A DNA stretch of 64,000 bases from an uncultured Chlamydiae bacterium (GCA_903824495.1 CAIJXB010000061.1:13569-77568); one strand, 5' to 3'; shown: positions 55,270 through 64,000, counted from the first letter of the stretch. Program-made: numbers and translations. The notes: generated from the sequence alone by a model not told the origin.

Positions 55270-55938
55270 TCAATCACAATATATTTTACGAGTCTTCTCT
55301 AAACACATGCTCAGATCACCCCTTGTGAGCTTGATCGTGCAGTCTTCATTTAAAGCAGGAATGCTTTTCAAAGATGGGTTGTTTGCAAGGCCTAGCCACT
55401 CTAAGCGTGTCAAATTAGACAATCTTCTAGGAAGAACTTGCAGGTCATTATTAGCAAGAGAAAGATACTCTAAAGACTCTAGCTCACAAAACGTCCTAGG
55501 TAAAAATTTCAGCTGATTGTCTTCAAGATTTATAATTTTTAGCCTATCTGCAATCACTTTTACGTGCCAAATATCAGGCAAAGACTTTAATTTGTAGCCC
55601 ACCAGCTGAATATCTTTGAGACGCGAATTCCGCAGGAAATCCATGATCGCGTCTTTAGCGGGCCCTCGATTTTCTCCCTCTTCTGCCTGCTCTACCCACT
55701 GCATTAACGCCTCTTCGATGCTATTAATATCGGCATCAAAACCAAGTGGTGGAGCAGTTATTTGGGTCGTCGTGACTCTTCCTTGTAAAGATGCAGCGTA
55801 ATATGGATCTCTTCTGGTTTTTTGCTTCCATGCATCCCAAACATCTGATGCAGGTCTGCCATCTGGAACCTTTACATTTCGAGCCCATGTTGCATTGTTA
55901 CTTCCAACATGCCTTTCACCATTTACACTTGTCGACAC
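55270..55938 (-). CDS. Leucine-rich-repeat protein (effector-like), paralog 1
   Basis: The LRR units are LKIINLEDNQLKFLPRTFCELESLEYLSLANNDLQVLPRRLSNLTRLEWLGLANN. The pre-LRR segment QWVEQAEEGENRGPAKDAIMDFLRNS...LVGYKLKSLPD is shared with paralog 2. It starts with a GTG. Confidence 0.8.
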   Translation of the reverse strand: MSTSVNGERHVGSNNATWARNVKVPDGRPASDVWDAWKQKTRRDPYYAASLQGRVTTTQITAPPLGFDADINSIEEALMQWVEQAEEGENRGPAKDAIMDFLRNSRLKDIQLVGYKLKSLPDIWHVKVIADRLKIINLEDNQLKFLPRTFCELESLEYLSLANNDLQVLPRRLSNLTRLEWLGLANNPSLKSIPALNEDCTIKLTRGDLSMCLEKTRKIYCD

Positions 55939-55998
55939 AAAAACACCTTAACAAATTATATTTTATGCGCTTATGCTACTTTTTTTAGGTGTTTTTGT
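55937..55998 (-). promoter_or_regulatory. 12-bp inverted repeat spanning the SD/start of LRR paralog 1
   Basis: acaaaaacacct (55937-55948) and aggtgtttttgt (55987-55998) are exact complements. In the mRNA sense, the arm containing AGGTG (the SD) and the GTG start could pair with the upstream arm. The 38-nt loop contains the TATAAT-like conserved box, so whether both arms are transcribed is unknown. Confidence 0.3.
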
Positions 55999-56098
55999 AC
56001 ATGAGAAACGCAATACATCTTTTCGGCTCATCACGATCAATAAATAAAATGGAACTGACCTATACGCTTCATCTCAGACGCGTCAATGCCCGTACCTC

Positions 56099-56632
56099 CT
56101 ACATTTTAATAGCACAACCTTTTGGTAAAGTAGCGGGAAAATTGGTCAAAAAGCAATTACAAGAAACGTCTAATATTTTTAGAGCAGTAAGATTAGAAAT
56201 ATCCTCAGGTAGTTCGAATAGGAGGTTGTCTGCCACCGATGCCGCTTCTAAATGCTTTAATCTAACAAAAGTTGAAGGAAGGAACCTTATCAGGTTACCC
56301 GAGACACTAAGACCCTTTAATCGATCAAATTCTTGAGCATCAAAAATATCGGGGAGAGACTTCAGTCCATAGTCTTTTAAAAGGAGGGTGGATTTTTTTT
56401 CATCATGCAAAAATGTAATGATCGAACTTGCAGCAGCAATCCGATTTTCCCCTTCCTCCGCTTCTAATTTCCACTGGTGTATTTTTTCAATGAGTGTCGC
56501 TAATGATTGAGAGGGAACACCTACCCTCGCTTCCAGTGATGAACATTGACTGCTCTGGATGGATCTTATAGGCGGTCTTCCTTGATTATACATTTTTTGG
56601 GACTCACGTGGTAAATTGAAACTAACTTCCAT
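56099..56632 (-). CDS. Leucine-rich-repeat protein (effector-like), paralog 2
   Basis: QWKLEAEEGENRIAAASSIITFLHDEKKSTLLLKDYGLKSLPD is followed by the LRR units LKGLSVSGNLIRFLPSTFVRLKHLEAASVADNLLFELPEDISNLTALKILDVSCN. Confidence 0.8.
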   Translation of the reverse strand: MEVSFNLPRESQKMYNQGRPPIRSIQSSQCSSLEARVGVPSQSLATLIEKIHQWKLEAEEGENRIAAASSIITFLHDEKKSTLLLKDYGLKSLPDIFDAQEFDRLKGLSVSGNLIRFLPSTFVRLKHLEAASVADNLLFELPEDISNLTALKILDVSCNCFLTNFPATLPKGCAIKM

Positions 56633-56810
56633 AAAAACCTTAATAAATTATATTTTATCGGTATATATTACGGTTTTCATACTTTTTTGCATATGTAAAA
56701 CAAATCCAAATCCCCTATGAAAATCCCAAGAAAAATTGCATCTTGACAGAGATCTATTTTCTAGGAAATAATAAGCCCCGAAACTTAACTTATTATAAGG
56801 AGGCTTTATT

Positions 56811-57713
56811 ATGGCTATGGTAAAACGAATCTTTTTATTCCTCGCTGTCAACTTTCTTGTCATCATCACGCTATCCATCATTTTAAATCTTTTGAATGTA
56901 AAACCTTATTTGACAGCCCACGGGATCAACTACACTTCTTTGATGATCTTTTGCTTAGTCTGGGGTATGGGAGGCGCTTTTATTTCCTTGGCCCTTTCTA
57001 AAAGCATGGCCAAGTGGATGATGGGCGTTAAGATCATCGATCCTAATGCAGCCACTGGCGATGAAAAGGCTCTAGTTAACCTCGTCCATGACCTTTGCTC
57101 GCAGGCCCATTTTAACTACATGCCAGAAGTGGGTATTTACAATTCAGCTGAACCTAATGCCTTTGCAACAGGACCTTCTCAAAAACGCTCTTTAATCGCT
57201 GTTTCTTCAGGTCTTTTACAAAGAATGTCCTCTAAGGAGTTAGAAGGCGTTTTATCTCACGAAATCGCCCATATTCAAAATGGGGACATGGTCACGATGG
57301 CCTTGATCCAAGGCGTTGTGAACGCCTTTGTCATGTTTTTGGCAAGAGCTCTTGCTCTTGTGCTTTCCTCCCAAGGGAAAAACCGTGAACGATCCTCATC
57401 CGGTTCCTACTACCTCTTCGTGATCCTTTTTGAAGTGGTCTTTATGGTACTCGGATCTCTTGTCGTTGCTTGGTTTTCAAGATATAGAGAGTTTAGAGCA
57501 GATCTTGGGGGATCTCATATTGCCGGAAAACAGAAAATGATCTCAGCTTTGGAAGCTCTCCAAAGAATGCAAAACATCCAAGACTCTCAAACAGCGAAGC
57601 CCGCTTTTGATTCTCTAAAGATCTCATCTGTTAAAAAACAAGGCTGGAAACACCTCTTTGCTTCCCATCCTCCTCTAGAGCTGAGAATTCAAAGACTTCA
57701 AGAATCTATTTAG
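56811..57713 (+). CDS. htpX: Protease HtpX (M48 zinc metalloprotease)
   Basis: It has TM helices, HEIAHIQNGD (HExxH) and the C-terminal SHPPLELRIQRL. Confidence 0.9.
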   Translation: MAMVKRIFLFLAVNFLVIITLSIILNLLNVKPYLTAHGINYTSLMIFCLVWGMGGAFISLALSKSMAKWMMGVKIIDPNAATGDEKALVNLVHDLCSQAHFNYMPEVGIYNSAEPNAFATGPSQKRSLIAVSSGLLQRMSSKELEGVLSHEIAHIQNGDMVTMALIQGVVNAFVMFLARALALVLSSQGKNRERSSSGSYYLFVILFEVVFMVLGSLVVAWFSRYREFRADLGGSHIAGKQKMISALEALQRMQNIQDSQTAKPAFDSLKISSVKKQGWKHLFASHPPLELRIQRLQESI

Positions 57714-57747
57714 AATCCATGTAATCGGGTAACAGATTGTTGCCCGA

Positions 57748-58578
57748 TTACATCGCGTGATAGGAAAAAAATGTCATGTGGATGAAGTTTAAGGCAAAGT
57801 GACACAAGATGGCGCTTTCTATTCTTTTTGAAATCAAATACACACCTCCGTAGAGCAAGCTTGCTAAAAAGACAAATCCAAGTGTTGCTATATCAGGGCT
57901 CCAATAGAGATGGACTGCTGTGAATAGGATCGAGGTTAAAATAAGAACAAAAGTTTTTCCAAGCTTGACGTTTTTGAAATACTTACACAGCGTAGCCTGA
58001 ATGAACCCACGATAAAAACCTTCTTCAGGAATACAGGTCAAAAAGAGGTTACTCAAAAGCCTCTCTGTTGCAAAAGTTGGGAGTTTGAAGTTCCACTGAG
58101 TTATGCCACTAACCGTGGCAAGCACAGATAAAATAGAGATCCCAACACATCCGATTAGAAGTCCATTTATGGCAGCTGTCCAATCCTTTTCTCCTCTTGC
58201 TAAGGGCACTAAAAGAGCAAGTGGAAGAAGTCCGATGAGCGGCATCTCTAACCCTACTGCAAATTTAGGTGTAAAAAAGTAAGGAGTGTAGCCGGGAAAA
58301 AACCGCAATTTAAAGGCTGTACCGACACAGACCAAAAGGATGAAAAGGGATAAGGTTTGTTTGCGAGTGTAGAGGATCCAAAGTAGCACTAAAATCGCTA
58401 TAAAAACTAAACCAGTTTGAGAAATGTTACCAGAGACAAATCCACAAAGTACGCTAAGACTGAGCAGCGTTCCCCAGATCTTAGGATCACGCCGAATCCA
58501 TAAGCTCAGTAGTGATACTACTAAAAAAACGAAGGCAAAGAAAGTGATCAGCGGCATAAGTTTTCCTGATAGAGCCAT
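57748..58578 (-). CDS. CPBP-family (CAAX-type) intramembrane metalloprotease
   Basis: A multi-TM protein with EEGFYRGF (EExxxR), FTAVH and HFALN motifs. Confidence 0.85.
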   Translation of the reverse strand: MALSGKLMPLITFFAFVFLVVSLLSLWIRRDPKIWGTLLSLSVLCGFVSGNISQTGLVFIAILVLLWILYTRKQTLSLFILLVCVGTAFKLRFFPGYTPYFFTPKFAVGLEMPLIGLLPLALLVPLARGEKDWTAAINGLLIGCVGISILSVLATVSGITQWNFKLPTFATERLLSNLFLTCIPEEGFYRGFIQATLCKYFKNVKLGKTFVLILTSILFTAVHLYWSPDIATLGFVFLASLLYGGVYLISKRIESAILCHFALNFIHMTFFSYHAM

Positions 58579-59363
58579 CTCGCAATAGAGTCTAGTGTGA
58601 TCGCGGCTGCTAAGGGATGACTTGCCGGGTCGACACCTGCTCCTACCACATCAAATAAAATAGTCTTAGGTAAGGTTGCTTTGACTACAGCAAACTGATA
58701 GCCACAGAAGGGTTGGTCGGAAACAAAAAGAGCCTTACAATAAGATTCTGGAGCAGTGTTCAACCAAGCAATAATCGTATCTTCTGTATTGGGATTTTTG
58801 AGTAATTCACCCTGTTTTTTCATGGGAACTGCGACAAAAGAAACTGGTAGGTTTTTTATTTCCTGAGGAAGATCAGCTCTTTCCCAGATGATATGAACAG
58901 CTTCTGATTCATTGCTACAAAGGTCTAGTAAGTCATCGATTCGCTTATCTAGAGGTCGATCTCCTGTAAGCCATACGATCTCACTAAAGCGAACTCCTTC
59001 ATCCCAAAGTTTTTTAAGGTAGTCAAGACGTGCTTGCATCAAACGCGTTGATGCCCCTAAGATGAGAGCTTTATCATAAGTTTTATGAGAAGGCTTCCAT
59101 GGATCGTAAAGACCTTGCTCCCGCGCCCACTTCAATACAAAAGCTCTTTGGTCGAGAGAAAGTTCTGTCATTTCCCATCTTAGTGTATTAGATCCTCGAA
59201 GCCATCTTTTTTGAGTTTCAGCTATGATGTCTGCATCTTGTGGAATACCTAGAGCTGAAGTAAGTTCGGAAAGCGCCACTGGATCGATCTGACGATCTTG
59301 AATGGGCGATCCAAAAATGATCTTAGAAAAACAAGTAGCGAGTAAGAAAAGCCACTTTTTCAT
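58548..59363 (-). CDS. Hypothetical secreted protein (possibly DUF218/YdcF-like; unverified)
   Basis: I chose the start at MKKWLFLLATCF, 1 nt after the hldE stop. KALILGASTRLMQARLDYLKKLWDEG...LTGDRPL is weakly reminiscent of the YdcF/ElyC fold. Confidence 0.5.
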   Translation of the reverse strand: MKKWLFLLATCFSKIIFGSPIQDRQIDPVALSELTSALGIPQDADIIAETQKRWLRGSNTLRWEMTELSLDQRAFVLKWAREQGLYDPWKPSHKTYDKALILGASTRLMQARLDYLKKLWDEGVRFSEIVWLTGDRPLDKRIDDLLDLCSNESEAVHIIWERADLPQEIKNLPVSFVAVPMKKQGELLKNPNTEDTIIAWLNTAPESYCKALFVSDQPFCGYQFAVVKATLPKTILFDVVGAGVDPASHPLAAAITLDSIARWLYQENLCR

Positions 59364-59364
59364 T

Positions 59365-60732
59365 CTAAGGCAAAATCCTTGCAACGTTTTGAGAATCTCT
59401 CATTCTAGAAAGTAGAGCCGAAGCATGCTCAAGTAGATTAAGCTTCCCATCCCCTTCCATCATGTAAATTTGATGGGGGTGGATCACATCACAAAGGCTT
59501 CTAAGGCTTTCACATTTTAACACGATAAAGTCGACTTCTGAAAAAGAAGAGAGCATCAAGACAAAATCTTCACAAGGATCTTCATCTTTTACATAAACAA
59601 TGAGTTTTTTCTCTTGGTCTTTTCCAGCAAGTTTTCTAAGGCTTCTAAACATTTCTATTGTCATGCCATCTTGACTATCGAGTCCTAGAACAATAAATCT
59701 TTTCCCTTTTAGCACTTGTTGAAGTGCATAGAGGTGCTCTTCATCAAAGATCTTGTTCTCTACGTCAAACTCTAAGAGTCTTTCTGCAAGATCCGATAGA
59801 TCGATGCGAGCGCATCCCATGCGCTCAATTGCGATCCCGGCTGCGATGTTCGCAAGCTGGACGGCGTATTTGATATCAAGAGAGTTTGCTAAGGCTAGGG
59901 TAATGGTCGCAAGGACTGTGTCACCAGCTCCCGTTACATCCTTCACCTCTTTAGAGCGAACGGGAAAATCTTGGAATACTCCGTTTCTATGAAAAAGAGC
60001 AATTCCAGCTTCTGACTTTGTGATCAGAAGAGAATCGATGTTGCACGCTGAAAAAATACTCTTTGCGACATCTTCTAAAGAATCAGGGGGATTCAGCCTT
60101 GCAGCAGCATATGCTTCTGACAAGTTCGGCTTAATGATTGTGGCGCCGTCATATTTAGAAAAGTCGTCTCCTTTAGGATCGACAATCACAGGAACGCCTC
60201 TGGCTCTTGCCATCCCGATGATTTTTTGCAGCAACGATCTTGTTAAAAAACCTTTGGCATAATCGGAGATTGCAACGATCTGTACTTTGTCTAAGAAATG
60301 GGGAACGGATTGGAGGATTTCCTCTTCAAGACCTTCTGGCAATGCTGAAATCGTCTCAAAGTCTACGCGAAGAACCTGCTGGGAGTCTGCAATCAATCTG
60401 TTTTTAACAGGTGTCTTAAACCCTTTTTGGTAGACAAGTCCATCTGTTACGATCCCTTCTCTTTCCAAACACTCTTTGAGCTCATCACCTGCGATGTCTT
60501 GCCCAACTCTTCCGATCACAGAAACCTTAGCGCCGAGGGCGCTTAGATTCAAGGCAACGTTTCCGGCCCCTCCTGCTAAGCTCTCCTCTTTTTGTACATG
60601 CAAAATACAAACGGGAGATTCTGGAGAAACACGTTTTACTTTACCCGTTGTATAGGTATCCAACATAAAGTCCCCGATGACGAGAACTTTGACCGGATTG
60701 AACCGGTTTAACATCCCTATGAGCTTTACCAT
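59365..60732 (-). CDS. hldE: D-glycero-beta-D-manno-heptose-7-phosphate kinase (HldE domain I) with a degenerate C-terminal adenylyltransferase-like domain
   Basis: The N-terminus is a PfkB kinase (VLVIGDFMLDTY...VSPESPVCIL...GGAGNVALNLSALGA, DVTGAGDT). The C-terminal roughly 125 aa align by eye to HldE domain II, but the GxFDxxHxGH motif is replaced by GLDSQDGMTI. Confidence 0.82.
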   Translation of the reverse strand: MVKLIGMLNRFNPVKVLVIGDFMLDTYTTGKVKRVSPESPVCILHVQKEESLAGGAGNVALNLSALGAKVSVIGRVGQDIAGDELKECLEREGIVTDGLVYQKGFKTPVKNRLIADSQQVLRVDFETISALPEGLEEEILQSVPHFLDKVQIVAISDYAKGFLTRSLLQKIIGMARARGVPVIVDPKGDDFSKYDGATIIKPNLSEAYAAARLNPPDSLEDVAKSIFSACNIDSLLITKSEAGIALFHRNGVFQDFPVRSKEVKDVTGAGDTVLATITLALANSLDIKYAVQLANIAAGIAIERMGCARIDLSDLAERLLEFDVENKIFDEEHLYALQQVLKGKRFIVLGLDSQDGMTIEMFRSLRKLAGKDQEKKLIVYVKDEDPCEDFVLMLSSFSEVDFIVLKCESLRSLCDVIHPHQIYMMEGDGKLNLLEHASALLSRMRDSQNVARILP

Positions 60733-61718
60733 CTTTGATCCTTTGCAAGATGCTCTACTACGTAGTCCGAAACCGCGTCTTCAATCGAAAACTGGCATAC
60801 GGGCTTTGGGTCTAAAAGCCCAAAGCAACTTTTAAGTTTATTCACTTCCGCACACGTGAAATTCTGATACTGCTTCACTAAATCTTCAGGCATTGGAATA
60901 TATCTAATTTGAGGGGGAAGTTTAGATGCCGTAAAGACCTGGGTTGCCAAATGGTTCCATGTGGTAGGAATACCTGATCCTACATTAAAGATACCACCGG
61001 TTTTTATAGGAAGAAAATCACAGGTGATCTTAACAGCATCCTTTACATAGATAAAATCGCGCTGCTGTCCACCATCTGGAAAATTAGCTGGATCAGAAGA
61101 TTTGAAAAGGCTAAGAGATCCTTCTTTTTGTACAAGAGGATACATCTTTGCAACCATAGAGGCCATGCGCCCTTTATGCTCTTCGTTCGGGCCGAACACA
61201 TTGAAATATTTAAGGCCAACAAGCTGATCGAGGACTCCTTGTTTTTCTGCCCAAAGATCAAATAGGTGTTTAGAAAAACCATATAAATTAAGAGGTTTTA
61301 GCTCTTTAAGATTTGCATGATCATCAGAAAACCCTCTTGTTCCATCTCCATAAGTCGCAGCGGAAGATGCGTAGATGAAACGGATCCCATGATTTAAGGC
61401 GTACTCAGCAAGTCTTACGGAGTAACGGTAGTTGTTTTCCATGAGGTATTCGCCATTTTTCTCAAGGGTATCGGAGCAAGCCCCTAAATGGATAATCCCT
61501 TGAATGTCTTGAGCCTTCCCTTCAAGCCAAGGAAAAAGATCTTGGATCCCAATCAAACGATTAAACTGTTTATGTAAAAGATTTTTCCACTTGTCTGTAG
61601 AATCCAAGCTATCCACTAAAAGCAGATTCGTATATCCAAGGTCATTGAGGTGTCTGACGGTCGCAGAACCGATCATTCCAGCAGCCCCTGTAATCACAAT
61701 CAATCGCTTTTTGTCCAT
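60726..61718 (-). CDS. hldD: ADP-L-glycero-D-manno-heptose-6-epimerase
   Basis: IVITGAAGMIGS is the Rossmann motif and YGFSKHLFD the YxxxK motif. VDSLDSTDKWKNL and the overall length of 330 aa fit HldD/RfaD. Confidence 0.88.
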   Translation of the reverse strand: MDKKRLIVITGAAGMIGSATVRHLNDLGYTNLLLVDSLDSTDKWKNLLHKQFNRLIGIQDLFPWLEGKAQDIQGIIHLGACSDTLEKNGEYLMENNYRYSVRLAEYALNHGIRFIYASSAATYGDGTRGFSDDHANLKELKPLNLYGFSKHLFDLWAEKQGVLDQLVGLKYFNVFGPNEEHKGRMASMVAKMYPLVQKEGSLSLFKSSDPANFPDGGQQRDFIYVKDAVKITCDFLPIKTGGIFNVGSGIPTTWNHLATQVFTASKLPPQIRYIPMPEDLVKQYQNFTCAEVNKLKSCFGLLDPKPVCQFSIEDAVSDYVVEHLAKDQRW

Positions 61719-61768
61719 ATTACTTCCTTAGCAGAACACTTAAAATATCTAGATTATCAAATCCGGGA

Positions 61769-62635
61769 TTATATTGCATACCATGTTGCATTTTCTTTAG
61801 AAAAAGGCTTAGTTTGAAAAAACTCTATCCCCTCTATTTGAGGAGAATGATCCATTCCTATACAGAAAAAGGCTGTTCCACTTCCGCAAAGAACCACAGT
61901 TTCAAAACCACTGTCTAAAAGTGTATCCTTAAGTATCGCAAGCTCTGGAAGAAGAGAAAAAGCTGCCATCTCTAAATCATTATAGAATAAAGAAAAGCTT
62001 TCTTTGGGATCTCTTTGGGGAAGGAGCTCTGGTTTGCAAGCTCCATAGACTAGTGGAGTAGAAAGACCTACCTTTGGTTTTGCGATCCAAATGCACGAAG
62101 ACCTTAATAAACTTTCAGGAAATGGCATCTCTTGGAGCCTTTCTCCCCTACCAGTGCAATAAGCTGTTCCTATAGAAAAAAAGAAGGGAACGTCGGAGCC
62201 TAAAACAGAACCGAGCTCGGTCAGATCTTCTTGAGAAAGATTTGTAGAAAACAGTTGATTCAAGGCAAACAGAGTTGTCGCGGCATTCGAGCTGCCACCG
62301 CCAAGTCCTGCTTGCATGGGGATTTTTTTTTCTAAATGGATCGCAACAGGATCAAATCTACCTGTTTTTTCTCTAAAAAGCTTTAACGCCTTGCAGACAA
62401 GGTTCTGCGCGTCCATGCTAAGCGCTGGATCTGAACAAGTAAATAGATCTTCTTTTGATAGAGAAAAATGAAGGGTATCACATAGATCGATTGCTTGATA
62501 AAGCGATGCTATCTCATGAAATCCATCTTCTCTTTTACGAAGGACTCGAAAAAAGAGATTGATTTTAGCGGGTGAAATAAAAGAGAGCCACTTATTTGAT
62601 AAAGTAGCTCTCTTTAAAGATTGAGCAGAGGACAT
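61769..62635 (-). CDS. ispE: 4-diphosphocytidyl-2-C-methyl-D-erythritol kinase
   Basis: PAKINLFFRVLRKREDGFHEI and IPMQAGLGGGSSNAATTL (GHMP kinase motif). Its position next to rplI matches Chlamydia. Confidence 0.9.
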   Translation of the reverse strand: MSSAQSLKRATLSNKWLSFISPAKINLFFRVLRKREDGFHEIASLYQAIDLCDTLHFSLSKEDLFTCSDPALSMDAQNLVCKALKLFREKTGRFDPVAIHLEKKIPMQAGLGGGSSNAATTLFALNQLFSTNLSQEDLTELGSVLGSDVPFFFSIGTAYCTGRGERLQEMPFPESLLRSSCIWIAKPKVGLSTPLVYGACKPELLPQRDPKESFSLFYNDLEMAAFSLLPELAILKDTLLDSGFETVVLCGSGTAFFCIGMDHSPQIEGIEFFQTKPFSKENATWYAI

Positions 62636-62647
62636 TAGTCCCTCTCC

Positions 62648-63172
62648 TTATTCAGAAAATTCTGGAGGAGCTTCTTGTAAAAGATCAGGTTCTTCTACTT
62701 TCACAACTTTCTTCGCAGAAACTCTGTCTCCATAAACATTCAACTTGAACGTAGCGATAACGCCTTCTTTCAATTTCAGTTGGATGTTGTGGATACCAAG
62801 CTCTCTGATCGGGTGTGGTAGAACAACGTTCTTTCTTTCAATACTGATGCCTTCTTTAGCACAGACCTTGACAATGTCAACTGCTGCAACGGATCCATAC
62901 ATTCTTCCCTCTGCATCCACTTTTACTTCAATGGATAGTTCAAGAGAAGCATAACGTCCCGCTAGCTCTTCAGCTTCTTTTTTGTCTACAATGGCTTGCT
63001 TTGCTCTTTCTTCCATCAAACGAGCTCTTAAACGGAGTGTAAAATTATCCGCTACAACCGCTTTCTTTTGAGGAATGAGAAAATTCCTTGCATAGCCTGG
63101 CTTTACAGTGACGAGATCGCCACTTCTTCCTAATTCTTCTACATCTTCGAGAAGTAATAATTGATTTTGCAT
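62648..63172 (-). CDS. rplI: 50S ribosomal protein L9
   Basis: LLLEDVEELGRSGDLVTVKPGYARNFLIPQKKAV is canonical L9. Confidence 0.95.
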   Translation of the reverse strand: MQNQLLLLEDVEELGRSGDLVTVKPGYARNFLIPQKKAVVADNFTLRLRARLMEERAKQAIVDKKEAEELAGRYASLELSIEVKVDAEGRMYGSVAAVDIVKVCAKEGISIERKNVVLPHPIRELGIHNIQLKLKEGVIATFKLNVYGDRVSAKKVVKVEEPDLLQEAPPEFSE

Positions 63173-63193
63173 GATACGGTTCTCCCCTGCAGT

Positions 63194-63448
63194 TTACTCT
63201 TCAGATACAAATGGTAATAAGGCCATATGTCTAGCTTTCTTAATCGCAGAACAGAGCTTTCTTTGATGATTAAAAGACACACCAGTGATCCTTCTAGGGA
63301 GGATCTTACCTCTTTCTGTAATAAATCTAGATAATGTTTCAATATCCTTGTAGTCAATGTGGTGCATTCCTGCAGCCGTAAAAGGACATTGTTTGCGCTT
63401 TTTAGAAAATAAACTTTCTATTGGGCTTTTTTTAAATGCTGTCGTCAT
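63194..63448 (-). CDS. rpsR: 30S ribosomal protein S18
   Basis: [50 protein letters not shown] is canonical S18. Confidence 0.95.
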   Translation of the reverse strand: MTTAFKKSPIESLFSKKRKQCPFTAAGMHHIDYKDIETLSRFITERGKILPRRITGVSFNHQRKLCSAIKKARHMALLPFVSEE

Positions 63449-63460
63449 CTCCTCGTCTCC

Positions 63461-63802
63461 TTAAACAGATAAAGGTTGAAATTCAATTTTTTCAGGAACA
63501 CTCTCTACACGAAGAGTGATGAAACGAATAAGATCTTCGTTCAAATGGTATTCTCTCCACATTTCTGTCATCGCGCTAGCGGGCACAGAAAAATAAAGAA
63601 GAAAATAATATCCATCTCTTTTTGTATTGATTTCATACGCAAGTTTCTTGCGGCCCTGATCAATAATTTTATGCACTTCTCCGCCTCTTTTTGTGATGCC
63701 TGCGGTAATTTTATCAAGCGCTTTTTGTCTAGCGTCATCACTCAAGCTGGCACTGAGAATATACATCCCTTCATACAGATGCTTGCTTTCTTGTTTTGCC
63801 AT
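63461..63802 (-). CDS. rpsF: 30S ribosomal protein S6
   Basis: A 113-aa ORF with YEGMYILSASLSDD... and RKKLAYEI. It lies in the rpsF-rpsR-rplI order. Confidence 0.93.
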   Translation of the reverse strand: MAKQESKHLYEGMYILSASLSDDARQKALDKITAGITKRGGEVHKIIDQGRKKLAYEINTKRDGYYFLLYFSVPASAMTEMWREYHLNEDLIRFITLRVESVPEKIEFQPLSV

Positions 63803-63804
63803 CT

Positions 63805-64000
63805 TTATTCTCCTAATTTTTTTTCAGGTTCGTTCTCTTCCCGGCACTTACTTGCATACTCCATAGAGGCAACTACTCCTTGATTGAGCCAAAGCTCAAG
63901 AGAGTGCACTCCATGCTCTACAACACCAGGCAGTTTCTGCTTTTCTTCTTCTTGAAAAGGGGACAAAACGTAATCAGCTAGATCTCCGCTTTCTCTATTG
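63805..64000 (-). CDS. pth: Peptidyl-tRNA hydrolase (C-terminal part; gene starts beyond the window)
   Basis: The reverse complement reads ...NRESGDLADYVLSPFQEEEKQKLPGVVEHGVHSLELWLNQGVVASMEYASKCREENEPEKKLGE*. The ADYVLSxF...E...L pattern is the Pth C-terminus. The stop TAA lies at 63805-63807, 2 nt before the rpsF ATG. The pth-rpsF order matches Chlamydia. Confidence 0.8.
   Translation of the reverse strand, partial: NRESGDLADYVLSPFQEEEKQKLPGVVEHGVHSLELWLNQGVVASMEYASKCREENEPEKKLGE

Noticed and set aside
55235-56336. Plus-strand ORFs 55235-55516, 55616-55801, 55791-55988 and 55989-56336.
   Set aside because: They overlap the two LRR genes in antisense, or lie in their upstream regions. The LRR frames have clear repeat structure, and these ORFs have none.

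Overview
This is a 64-kb chromosomal segment from a bacterium of the phylum Chlamydiae. Two core blocks have the same gene order as Chlamydia: infA, tRNA-Thr, tuf, tRNA-Trp, secE, nusG, rplK, rplA, rplJ, rplL, rpoB, rpoC (all minus strand) at 1-9.4 kb, and pth, rpsF, rpsR, rplI, ispE (minus strand) at 61.8-64 kb. The accessory content points to an environmental, amoeba-associated chlamydia rather than Chlamydiaceae. That content includes LRR proteins, autotransporters, a TpsB transporter, heptose genes and several toxin-antitoxin modules. The species cannot be determined by eye. Between the core blocks, housekeeping genes are interleaved with host-interaction or accessory genes. Housekeeping genes include sufE, an M24 peptidase, HIT, MYG1, guaD, beta-carbonic anhydrase, sthA, rpmB, truA, map, an M20 peptidase, htpX, hldE/hldD and ispE. 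Accessory genes include a Myb-like protein, several Inc-like bilobed membrane proteins and two autotransporters, one with about eight 50-aa repeats. They also include an orphan TpsB, two tandem LRR paralogs, and a 1253-aa membrane-anchored fusion of an FAD-oxidase domain and a methyltransferase-like domain, flanked by a paralogous membrane-module family. A tRNA-Met gene is followed 1.9 kb later by a pseudo-tRNA 3' half, giving a 32-bp exact direct repeat. This pair brackets a mini-island that carries a 3-gene plus-strand operon and three tandem small secreted Gly/His-rich peptide genes, two of which are below the ORF-track cutoff. A HipBA module with a 22-bp perfect palindromic operator lies just outside the repeat. 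I saw no rRNA, CRISPR array, transposase or integrase. All calls come from reading the translated ORFs and the DNA by eye, and no database search was run.
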